A DNA stretch of 64,000 nt from positions 64,008 to 128,007 of the forward strand of contig JANMHX010000328.1 in assembly GCA_031375485.1 (NCBI GenBank), given 5' to 3'. Under the pieces are notes generated by a model that did no database searches, was not told where the DNA came from, and saw only the letters and a list, made by a program, of their open reading frames with translations. The DNA comes from Gemmatimonadota bacterium. Lineage in GTDB: Bacteria; Gemmatimonadota; Gemmatimonadetes; Gemmatimonadales; GWC2-71-9. Numbering within the stretch: position 1 is the stretch's first letter; every line of letters begins with the position of its first letter. A program made the position numbers and the translations under genes. Below are positions 28,201-35,505 of the stretch, one piece after another.

Positions 28201-29589
28201 TCAGAACAACCGCCAATAGGTTGCGACGCGGGTGCCTTTTCCGCCCTCGACGGCTTGCCCGGTCGTCCACGTGCCGAGGCGCGAAATGGCGAACCCCAAC
28301 CCGGCTTGTTGTCGGTCACCGAGGCCACTCAGGCCGACCACGGAGGTGCTCGTATACGGCGGGAGCCAAACGACCGACATCCACCGGAAACCGTCAGGCC
28401 GGCACTGAGGTCCGAGAATCCGCCCGCGGTCGTCCACGCTGGTGGCCTCGTTGCAGGTTCCGGGAAGGAGCGTTGCCTCGCTCCAGGTCGAGCCGGTCCG
28501 GCGCCACAAGGCGGGTCCCGAACCTAATTGGCCGACCGCCAGGTCTCCCGCCGAATTGAGTCCGTTGATCTTGCTGGAGGGCCCGCCGAAGACAACGAGG
28601 GTCCAGCCTCCGGCGCCATCGGGAGTCCAAACCGCCGCGCTGGGCGCTGACGCAATCCCGACATATCCGGCGACCATGCCCGAGGCACTCGCCGCCGTCG
28701 CGAGGCCGAGCGGGCTTCCCGCTGGGGTCGGAAGCACGGTTCGCCGCCAACCGGTTCCCTCGGCGATCCAGGCCCGCGGTTGCCGGACGAGCGACGGATC
28801 GGGGTTGGTGCCAATGCCTTCCGTTCCGGCAATGACGCGGGCCCGGCCGGTCAAAGGGTCTGAGCCCACCGCTAAAGCCAGGCTGTGGCTTGCGGCCGGA
28901 TCCGTCGGGAGATTGGCCCGGGTCCACGCCCCGCCTTGAGAGGTCCAGGTAACGGCATTGCTGGCGGACGTCCCGACCACCGTCGTTCCAGCTTCATCGA
29001 CCGCCCAGGCGCCGTTGGTGCTGCTGGGGCCTTGGTCGGTGGGTAGGACGGTCGCTCCGCTGGTCGCGGTCCAGACGAAGCCGGGCACTTCGCCCCGGTC
29101 GAACCAGCCCACAACCGTTCCGAGTTCGTTGACGCCGCGCCCGCCGACCGCCCCCGCGATCGGGACGGCCCGAGTCACCTCGAACAAAGCTGACCCGACG
29201 CCCTTCTTCGAGTCGGGGTTGGTGACCGTGATATCGTACAAAGTGACCGGCGCGTCCGCCGCGATGGTGATGGCGGCAACCAGCCGGGTCGGGCTGGTCA
29301 CCTGGACCGCTCCGACTTGGATCTTCGATTCGGGCGCGCCGGCGAGCTCCCAAGCGACTTGGGCGCCCGAGGCGAAGTTGGTACCCGAGATCGTGATCTG
29401 CACCGCCGCGTCCCCGCCGCGTCCGATGACCGGACCGGACGATGTGACGGTGGGGGCGGCGGGGGGTGGAGGTGGCGGCGGCGGATTCACTGGACCATTG
29501 GTTGAGGCGCCGCCGCAACCCAGCAAGCCTGCAACTGCCAGGGTGGGGAGCCACGCTCGAACGCTACGGACGGAGCAACAGCATCGCAT
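28201..29589 (-). CDS. lipoprotein with IPT/TIG-like Ig domain and HAF-like extracellular repeats (paralog 1)
   Basis: The ATG at 29589 is preceded by GGAGGG at 5 nt. The lipobox is LAVAGLLGC, followed by a run of 8 Pro. The IPT-like segment is VQITISGTNFASGAQV...YDITVTNPDSKKGVG. Repeats resemble the HAF type (NELGTVVG, DEAGTTVVG, NSAGDLAVG, DDRGRILG). Confidence 0.7.
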   Translation of the reverse strand: MRCCCSVRSVRAWLPTLAVAGLLGCGGASTNGPVNPPPPPPPPAAPTVTSSGPVIGRGGDAAVQITISGTNFASGAQVAWELAGAPESKIQVGAVQVTSPTRLVAAITIAADAPVTLYDITVTNPDSKKGVGSALFEVTRAVPIAGAVGGRGVNELGTVVGWFDRGEVPGFVWTATSGATVLPTDQGPSSTNGAWAVDEAGTTVVGTSASNAVTWTSQGGAWTRANLPTDPAASHSLALAVGSDPLTGRARVIAGTEGIGTNPDPSLVRQPRAWIAEGTGWRRTVLPTPAGSPLGLATAASASGMVAGYVGIASAPSAAVWTPDGAGGWTLVVFGGPSSKINGLNSAGDLAVGQLGSGPALWRRTGSTWSEATLLPGTCNEATSVDDRGRILGPQCRPDGFRWMSVVWLPPYTSTSVVGLSGLGDRQQAGLGFAISRLGTWTTGQAVEGGKGTRVATYWRLF

Positions 29590-29628
29590 GACGACCCTCC
29601 AACGGTGAGTGACCTCGGGTTGCCGATG

Positions 29629-29655
29629 TGGAATGGAAGCAGATACGGATCGTGG
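29629..29655 (+). promoter_or_regulatory. degenerate ECF-like element TGGAATGG-N11-GATCGTGG (GGAAT-N16-CGT), possible autoregulated promoter of the sigma operon
   Basis: It lies on the plus strand, upstream of the sigma gene. It shares the AAT-N16-CGT spacing with the two minus-strand motifs and physically overlaps the copy at 29643..29669. The match is only partial. Confidence 0.3.
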
Positions 29656-29669
29656 GGCAGCCGATTGCG
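29643..29669 (-). promoter_or_regulatory. bipartite motif CGCAATCG-N11-ATCCGTAT (minus strand), candidate ECF-type promoter of HAF-like lipoprotein gene 28201..29589
   Basis: Both 8-mers and the 11-nt spacer length are identical to the copy at 28170..28196. The motif ends 53 nt upstream of the ATG at 29589. Confidence 0.55.
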
Positions 29670-29685
29670 GGGAGAGGTCGTCGCG

Positions 29686-29714
29686 TTGACAGGCTGCCTG
29701 CGCCGCCGTACTAT
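29686..29714 (+). promoter_or_regulatory. sigma-70-type promoter candidate TTGACA-N17-TACTAT upstream of the ECF sigma gene
   Basis: A perfect -35 hexamer lies at 29686-29691. A 17-nt spacer precedes the -10 hexamer TACTAT at 29709-29714. The orientation is toward the sigma/anti-sigma/CHAT operon. Confidence 0.55.
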
Positions 29715-29805
29715 CGGCCCTTCCACCTCACGACGGTTCTCTCTGAGCGTCTCCGGACCCGATTCGCTAGGAAACTTGCTCGGCGCGAGCGAGGCGGACC
29801 GGCCG

Positions 29806-30399
29806 GTGGCGTGGGCCGCCTTTCTCGCGGAGTTCAGCCCTCTCCTGCTGCATGTGGCGCGAAGCCAGGGCGGTGATCACGACGCCGTGATGGATCGGTA
29901 TCTATCACTGGTCGAAGCCTTGCAGGACCGCGACTTTCGGCGGCTCCGGACCTATTCGATCGAGGCCGGCGGCAAGTTCACGACTTGGCTGATCGTCGTG
30001 GCTCGCCGGATCTGCTTCGACCATCACCGGGCCCGGTACGGACGTCCCCAATCCGATTCACCCGCCGCAGCGGCTCGACACTTCGAGCGTCGCCAACTCG
30101 TGGACCTCCTTGGCGGCGAAGTCGGGCTCGACGGAGTCGAGACGCCGGCGGACAATGATCCTGAAACCGACTTCCGACAACGGGATCTCCGTGGCACGCT
30201 GACTCTGGCTTTGGCTTCGTTGTCGGCCCCCGACCGACTCGTTCTCAAACTCCGGTTCGAGGACGACCATTCCGTCCCTCAAGTGGCCCGGTTAGTTGGC
30301 GATGCATCCGCGTTCGCGATGTACCGCCGGATCGACCGCCTGTTGGCCCGGCTTCGGGGGCGGCTGCGGCAAGCGGGCGTCGAGGACGGCGTGCCGTGA
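29806..30399 (+). CDS. ECF-type sigma-70 family sigma factor
   Basis: Region 2 is TWLIVVARRICFDHHR. Region 4.2 is LSAPDRLVLKLRFEDDHSVPQVARLVGDASAFAMYRRIDRLLARLR. The start is uncertain: GTG 29806, TTG 29776, or the ORF-track GTG at 29605. I disfavour 29605 because a strong promoter-like element lies inside it. Confidence 0.75.
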   Translation: MAWAAFLAEFSPLLLHVARSQGGDHDAVMDRYLSLVEALQDRDFRRLRTYSIEAGGKFTTWLIVVARRICFDHHRARYGRPQSDSPAAAARHFERRQLVDLLGGEVGLDGVETPADNDPETDFRQRDLRGTLTLALASLSAPDRLVLKLRFEDDHSVPQVARLVGDASAFAMYRRIDRLLARLRGRLRQAGVEDGVP

Positions 30400-30457
30400 C
30401 CGCAATTCAAACCGCCGCTATCCGTTTCTTGTCACGGACTCCCTGGAACCGCAGCCA

Positions 30458-31063
30458 ATGAACCTCGAACGGCCGGACCACCTCGCCGCCGCCGACATCG
30501 CCGCGTATCTCGACCGATCCGCCGCCCGGAGTCGCCGCGATCGGATCGAGCAACATCTTGAGGCCTGTCCGGAATGTCGGGAGGAACTCGTCCTCGTGGC
30601 CCGACTGGTCGATTCGGCGCCGCCGGCAACGGCGCCCGGCCGCAACCGGCCGCGGCGGTACGTCAGCCGGATCGCCGTTGGCGTGGCACTGGCCGCTGGC
30701 CTTGCGGCCTTGGCGATTGCCCGGCCCGGGCTGATCAGCCCCAGTCGCCGAGACCCGGTCCGGGCGCCCGATTTCTCCGAAGGGCGCTCCCCGCTCGATG
30801 TCGTGTCGCCGGTCGGGGATTCGCTGCTGACGCGGGACGGCCTCGTCCTGTCGTGGCGCGGAGCCCGGGTCAGTCTCTACCGCGTGACGGTCATGACACT
30901 GGGCGGCGAGCCGGTTTGGACGACCGATACCCCTGACACCGCCATTGTCGTTCCGGACACCGTGCGTTTGGTTCCCGGCAGCACCTACTTCTGGCGGGCC
31001 GATGGGATCGCCATCGGCATTGCGGCCTCGACCGGAGCCCAACGCCTCCGGGTTGGTCGTTGA
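30458..31063 (+). CDS. anti-sigma factor, zinc-finger (zf-HC2 / ZAS-like), single-pass membrane with ~100 aa extracytoplasmic domain
   Basis: Starts at the ATG at 30458. Contains the Hx3Cx2C motif HLEACPEC and a TM segment IAVGVALAAGLAALAIA. Its TGA stop overlaps the TTG start of the next gene (TTGA). Confidence 0.8.
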   Translation: MNLERPDHLAAADIAAYLDRSAARSRRDRIEQHLEACPECREELVLVARLVDSAPPATAPGRNRPRRYVSRIAVGVALAAGLAALAIARPGLISPSRRDPVRAPDFSEGRSPLDVVSPVGDSLLTRDGLVLSWRGARVSLYRVTVMTLGGEPVWTTDTPDTAIVVPDTVRLVPGSTYFWRADGIAIGIAASTGAQRLRVGR

Positions 31064-34023
31064 CTCTCCGTCGCACCTTCGGCCTCCTTCTCGCCGGTCT
31101 CACGGGCTGCCGGGCGAGCGGTCCTCGCACGACCACTGGCTCAGGGGCGCCGGATTCACTGATTGCGGCCGGCGAGGCGCTCTATTCCGCCGAACGCTTC
31201 GATTCGGCCCGTGCCGTATGGACACTCGCCCGACTGGAAGCGGAGCGAGTTCCGGACGAACCCCGGTTGGCACGATCGCTCACCTGGCTTGCGCTCCTGG
31301 CCGGGAGGCTCGGTCAACTCGACACCGCCCGGCGTTTGGGCGAAGAAGCGCTCGCGATCAAGACCCGTCGCGGGATGAGTCGGGAGTTGTCCGCCTCGTA
31401 CCATGCGCTTGGTCTCGTGGCGTTGGATGAGGGGCGGAATCAGGAAGGGCGACGGCTGTTCGAACAGGCCCGCGATTGGGCTGAAAAATCCGGGGACAGC
31501 CGCGGCACGGCCCAAGCCGAGGGTGGGCTCGGCCTGGCGGACGGGTACCTCGGCGATCTCAAACAGGCCCGGGCTGGCCACCGTCGAGCGCGGGAACTCG
31601 CCCGGGCCATCGGGGATCCCCGGCTTGAAGGCCACGGGCTCGCCAATGAGGCCATGGTCGACATCTGGGAGGGCCAGGCACTTCCGGCGGTCGCCCGACT
31701 TGACACCGCCCGCAGGCTCTATCAAGTGGCGGGCTCTACGGCTGGGGAGCAGAACGCGCTCGGCCAGTTGGCTACCGCACATGAAAGCATGGGGAGGGAG
31801 GATCTGGCCCTGGCGGCCCTCGACTCGTCGCTCACCATCAGTCGCCGCCTCGGTCTCGCCGAGCAGGAGACCGATCTGCTTCGGCTCATCGCCGGTGTCC
31901 ATCTTCGGCTCGGCGACTATCGTGAAGCCCTCGCGACCTACCAACGAGCCGAGACCGGGATGCGAGCCGGCGGCCTGTGGTCCAACCTCGGGGCGGTGCT
32001 CCGAGGCGCGGCGAACGCCAGCCTCCGACTCGGCGATCTCCCAACCGCTCGCGTCAAGCTCGCCGAAGCCCTGACTCGCCATACCGAGTCGGCCGAGCCC
32101 CTCGAGCGGCTCGACGACCTCTTGCTCGCCGCGGAAGTTGATGCTCGGCTCGACGGGATCGACCGGTCTGAGGAACGAATCGGTGAAGCCCGTGGCCTGG
32201 CCGATCGACTCAAGACGCGCGGCGCCAGAGTGGTGGTCGTGCTGGCAGAGGCCCACATCGCCAGTCGCGCGGGCGATGCGAGGCGGGTACTCCGAGTCCT
32301 CCGAACCGCGGCCCCCGACCTGGCCGGCGATCTCGGGGCTGAGTGGATGGCAAACGCCCTCGCCGCGAAAGCCTACGCCCGCCTTGGCAACCTCGATTCC
32401 GCTCGATCCACAGGCCGGCGGGCCGTCGCCGCGATCGACCTTCTCCGGGGCAATCTTGCCTCAGAAGCCCTCCAATCCACGTACCTGGCCGATCGCGCTG
32501 AAGTCTTTGGCGAGCTGGTCGTCACCCTGCTCCGGATGGGGCGGCCAGGCGAGGCCTTCGAGGTGGCCGACGCCGCTCGAAGCCGCCGACTCCTCGATCA
32601 CATCGGCGCGACCAGAACCGCGGCCGCCTCGGGGGCGCCGACGACCGAAGTCATTTCCGGCGAACGGCTCCTCGAGCGGATCGACGAATTGGTCCACCGC
32701 CTTCGAGCGACGGAGCGGAGCTGGTCTCGCGAGCGCGGCGGGGCCCTGGATCGGAGCGGAGTGGAGCTGGCGTCGGAGTTGGCGCAGGCGCGCCGCGAGT
32801 ATGAGGGTCTCATGGTCCGGGCCGCGCAACAGAACACTCGCTCGACTGCAATCCTGGGAGCCCGTCGGGTCCAACTCTACCAAGCTCAGCGGGCCCTTCG
32901 GGAGGAGGAGGCGCTCGTCGAGTACCTCATTGCCGGCAACGAGCTGGTGACATTCATACTGACGAGGGACAGCCTCCGGGTAATCCAGCGACCCATCGCG
33001 CCGGGCACCCTGGTGCAACAGGTCCGCTTGCTTCGCGATCTGTGGGAACGGCACCGGCCGGACTGGGAGCTCGGGCTCACCGCCTCCCGCAATTTGTATC
33101 AGACCCTGATTGCCTCGGTGCTGGCAGAACCCGAACTTCGTCGGGTCCGCCGGTTGATGGTGGTGCCCCAGGGAGTCTTGAACCAAGTACCCTTCGCGGC
33201 ACTGCAGGATGGGGTGAGCCGGCGGTTCCTGTCCCAGGACCTGAGCCTAGTCTTATTGCCGGCGGCGGCGGCCTTGACCGCCCTTCGAGAGCAAGGAATT
33301 GCGCCCAGCGTCTGGAGCGCCGGCGGATCCGGGTTCGCGCCGTTCACCGGCCGAGACGAATTGCCGGCAACCGGGCTCGAGGTCGAGGCGTTTCGGGCGG
33401 CGGCGCCGGGTCGGGTGGTCCGGTTGCGGGGACAGGCTACCGAGACGGCACTGCGCATCGCTTTGGCTCAAACGGGCATCGTTCATGTCGCAACCCACGG
33501 CGTCCTCAATGTCCACAGCCCGCTGTTCTCACGGATTGAACTTGCCGTGCCGAGTCGCGTGACCCGCAATGACGACGGCCGGCTCGAGATCCACGAAGTT
33601 CTCGGCCTGACCGCTCGAAGCAGTCTGGTGTTCCTGTCGGGCTGTGAAACCGGCGCCCGCCAGGAGTGGCTCGATGACCCGCTCCGGGGTACCGGCGATC
33701 TCTCGCTCGCGCAGGCCCTGCTGTCGGCCGGCGCGGAGAACGTCATTACGACGCTGTGGCGGATCGAAGACGCCGGAGCCGCCCGGTTCGCGACGCACTT
33801 CTATCAGAATCTGACCCGGATGCCGCTAGCGGAGGCGTTCGTGACCGCCCAGCGGGCCATGGCGGCCGATCCCCGGTTTCAGAACCCATATTATTGGGCG
33901 GGGTATGTTTTATCGGGTGAGGGCGGGGCGGAGCCCCTGCCGCAAACGGCTGCCGTCCCATCCGTACTAGAATTGACCGCTCGTCGTTCCGCGAGCGAGT
34001 CTTCGAAGAGGAGCAGGCCATGA
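31060..34023 (+). CDS. TPR-repeat / CHAT-domain (caspase-like) protease, predicted lipoprotein
   Basis: The N-terminus is (M)TLRRTFGLLLAGLTGC, with a lipobox. About 600 aa of TPR-like helical repeats follow. The C-terminal CHAT domain has VHVATHG (His codon 33496-33498) and LVFLSGCETG (Cys codon 33643-33645). Confidence 0.85.
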   Translation: MTLRRTFGLLLAGLTGCRASGPRTTTGSGAPDSLIAAGEALYSAERFDSARAVWTLARLEAERVPDEPRLARSLTWLALLAGRLGQLDTARRLGEEALAIKTRRGMSRELSASYHALGLVALDEGRNQEGRRLFEQARDWAEKSGDSRGTAQAEGGLGLADGYLGDLKQARAGHRRARELARAIGDPRLEGHGLANEAMVDIWEGQALPAVARLDTARRLYQVAGSTAGEQNALGQLATAHESMGREDLALAALDSSLTISRRLGLAEQETDLLRLIAGVHLRLGDYREALATYQRAETGMRAGGLWSNLGAVLRGAANASLRLGDLPTARVKLAEALTRHTESAEPLERLDDLLLAAEVDARLDGIDRSEERIGEARGLADRLKTRGARVVVVLAEAHIASRAGDARRVLRVLRTAAPDLAGDLGAEWMANALAAKAYARLGNLDSARSTGRRAVAAIDLLRGNLASEALQSTYLADRAEVFGELVVTLLRMGRPGEAFEVADAARSRRLLDHIGATRTAAASGAPTTEVISGERLLERIDELVHRLRATERSWSRERGGALDRSGVELASELAQARREYEGLMVRAAQQNTRSTAILGARRVQLYQAQRALREEEALVEYLIAGNELVTFILTRDSLRVIQRPIAPGTLVQQVRLLRDLWERHRPDWELGLTASRNLYQTLIASVLAEPELRRVRRLMVVPQGVLNQVPFAALQDGVSRRFLSQDLSLVLLPAAAALTALREQGIAPSVWSAGGSGFAPFTGRDELPATGLEVEAFRAAAPGRVVRLRGQATETALRIALAQTGIVHVATHGVLNVHSPLFSRIELAVPSRVTRNDDGRLEIHEVLGLTARSSLVFLSGCETGARQEWLDDPLRGTGDLSLAQALLSAGAENVITTLWRIEDAGAARFATHFYQNLTRMPLAEAFVTAQRAMAADPRFQNPYYWAGYVLSGEGGAEPLPQTAAVPSVLELTARRSASESSKRSRP

Positions 34024-35336
34024 AACGGGTGCCGCTGCAGGTGATCTCTCGGTTGTTGGTCGCGGCGGGTGCGGGTTTGGGGTTCGGCTGCGGCCGGTCG
34101 CCGGAGCCGGTCACCGGTCCGAATTTCGGGAAGGCGGCCACGGGACCAACGGTCACCGCGTCCTTGCCGGCGTACGGCTACGAGGGCGAGGTCTCGAAGC
34201 AGGTGGCCATTACGGGATCGGGGTTTGCGATCGGTGCGGCGGCGTCGTGGGAGCGGAACGGATCGCCGGACCCGAAAATTCAGGTGGTGTCCACCCAGTA
34301 CCTGAGCCCCACTCAAGTTGTCGCGACGGTCAACATCGCGCCGGACGCGGCTCTCACCTTTTACGACCTCGCCGTCACCAACCCCGATCGCAAGAAGGGG
34401 ATTGGTTATCGCCTGTTCGAGGTCACCCGGGCGATCGTGGTCGACAGCGTCGCCAACTTCCGCGCCGCCAACGGCGGGGGTGGTTTGGTCGGTGTCTATT
34501 TTCCCAAGGCGAACAAGCCGCAACTCGCCCGATTTTGGAGCCAGAGCACCGGGTTGGTCACGCTCCCCGGCAGCGGCACGTCGGCCTGGGCCATCGACGA
34601 AGCCGGCGAGACGATTACCGGAAACGCAAGCGGCGGGACCGGCGGGTTCATCCCGATCTGGACTAAGTCGGGATCTGGGTGGGTCATGGGAACGCTGCCG
34701 ATTGGCCCCGGTTCGGCGGGTGGGAACGGTCGGGCCATTGCGTCCGATCCGGTGACGGGCCTGGCCCGATACGTCGCCGGGATTGAGGAACGGTCGGCGA
34801 GGGTGTGGCGGCGAGGAACGTCGGGGTGGGAGCGCGTGGTCCTGCCGTCGCTCACGAGTCCCGCCAACGACGTGGTCCAAGGGGTCAGTCGCACCGGCGT
34901 GGTCGTCGGGTTCTCGGCCGCTCACGCCACGGTGTGGGAGCCCGATGGTCAAGGTGGCTATACCGCCACGGCCCTGCCTGGGACCGCCAACTACGCCAAC
35001 GGCATCAACGGCGCCGGGGACCTGATCGTCGGTTCGTACAACCAGACCGGTGGAGCCTTCTACTGGGTGCGCCTGCCCGGGGGTGGATGGAGCGCGCCGC
35101 AGGCGCTGCCGATCGCGTGTGGCGCCGCGATCGACGTCGATGATCTGGGCCGGATCGCGGCCAACGATTGTCCGCGATCAGGGCAGAACGTCGCGCCCGC
35201 CGTCTTCCTGCCTCCGTACACCGGCGCCCCGATCTGGCTCGGCACCTTGGGCGGCAACGGTACGCTTCGGGTCGAGGGGATGTCGCGAACCGGTGGCTGG
35301 CTGGCGGGCGCCAACGTCTACTGGCACATCGACTAG
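34020..35336 (+). CDS. lipoprotein with IPT/TIG-like Ig domain and HAF-like extracellular repeats (paralog 2)
   Basis: The start has an ATGA overlap with the CHAT gene stop. The lipobox is GLGFGC. The N-terminal domain aligns with paralog 1 (YDLAVTNPDRKKGIGYRLFEVTRA vs YDITVTNPDSKKGVGSALFEVTRA). Repeats resemble the HAF type (NGINGAGDLIVG, DVDDLGRIA). Confidence 0.75.
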   Translation: MKRVPLQVISRLLVAAGAGLGFGCGRSPEPVTGPNFGKAATGPTVTASLPAYGYEGEVSKQVAITGSGFAIGAAASWERNGSPDPKIQVVSTQYLSPTQVVATVNIAPDAALTFYDLAVTNPDRKKGIGYRLFEVTRAIVVDSVANFRAANGGGGLVGVYFPKANKPQLARFWSQSTGLVTLPGSGTSAWAIDEAGETITGNASGGTGGFIPIWTKSGSGWVMGTLPIGPGSAGGNGRAIASDPVTGLARYVAGIEERSARVWRRGTSGWERVVLPSLTSPANDVVQGVSRTGVVVGFSAAHATVWEPDGQGGYTATALPGTANYANGINGAGDLIVGSYNQTGGAFYWVRLPGGGWSAPQALPIACGAAIDVDDLGRIAANDCPRSGQNVAPAVFLPPYTGAPIWLGTLGGNGTLRVEGMSRTGGWLAGANVYWHID

Positions 35337-35505
35337 ATCCCCGGGCCGGTCCCCGATCACTCTGCTCCCTCGCGAGGCTCCCTCGGCAAGGACGTCCTTG
35401 ACCCCACGCGCGGTCGGACCGACCTTGTCGGGGCCCGTTTGGTTCGCGCGTCGCTACCCAAGACGGACGTCCCGCAACACCAGGCTGAACCCGCTCGCTT
35501 AGGCC

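Noticed and set aside
29605-29805. The longest-ORF start for the second ECF sigma gene lies only 16 nt from the divergent gene's ATG.
   Set aside because: A TTGACA-N17-TACTAT promoter-like element lies inside this extension. The encoded residues do not resemble any sigma region. Sigma region 2.1-like sequence begins only after about 29806.
29806-34023. The TPR-CHAT plus ECF sigma pairing could be a remnant of a type III-E CRISPR (Craspase) locus.
   Set aside because: The window contains no Cas7-11/gRAMP gene, no Csx30/31-like genes and no CRISPR array. The CHAT protein carries an export signal. The resemblance is only conceptual.
28201-35336. The inverted HAF-like paralogs could act as recombination arms for an invertible sigma/CHAT segment.
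   Set aside because: Nucleotide identity between the paralogs is patchy. The longest identical run I could find is about 14 nt (GTCACCAACCCCGA), which is too short for homologous inversion. No recombinase gene is nearby.
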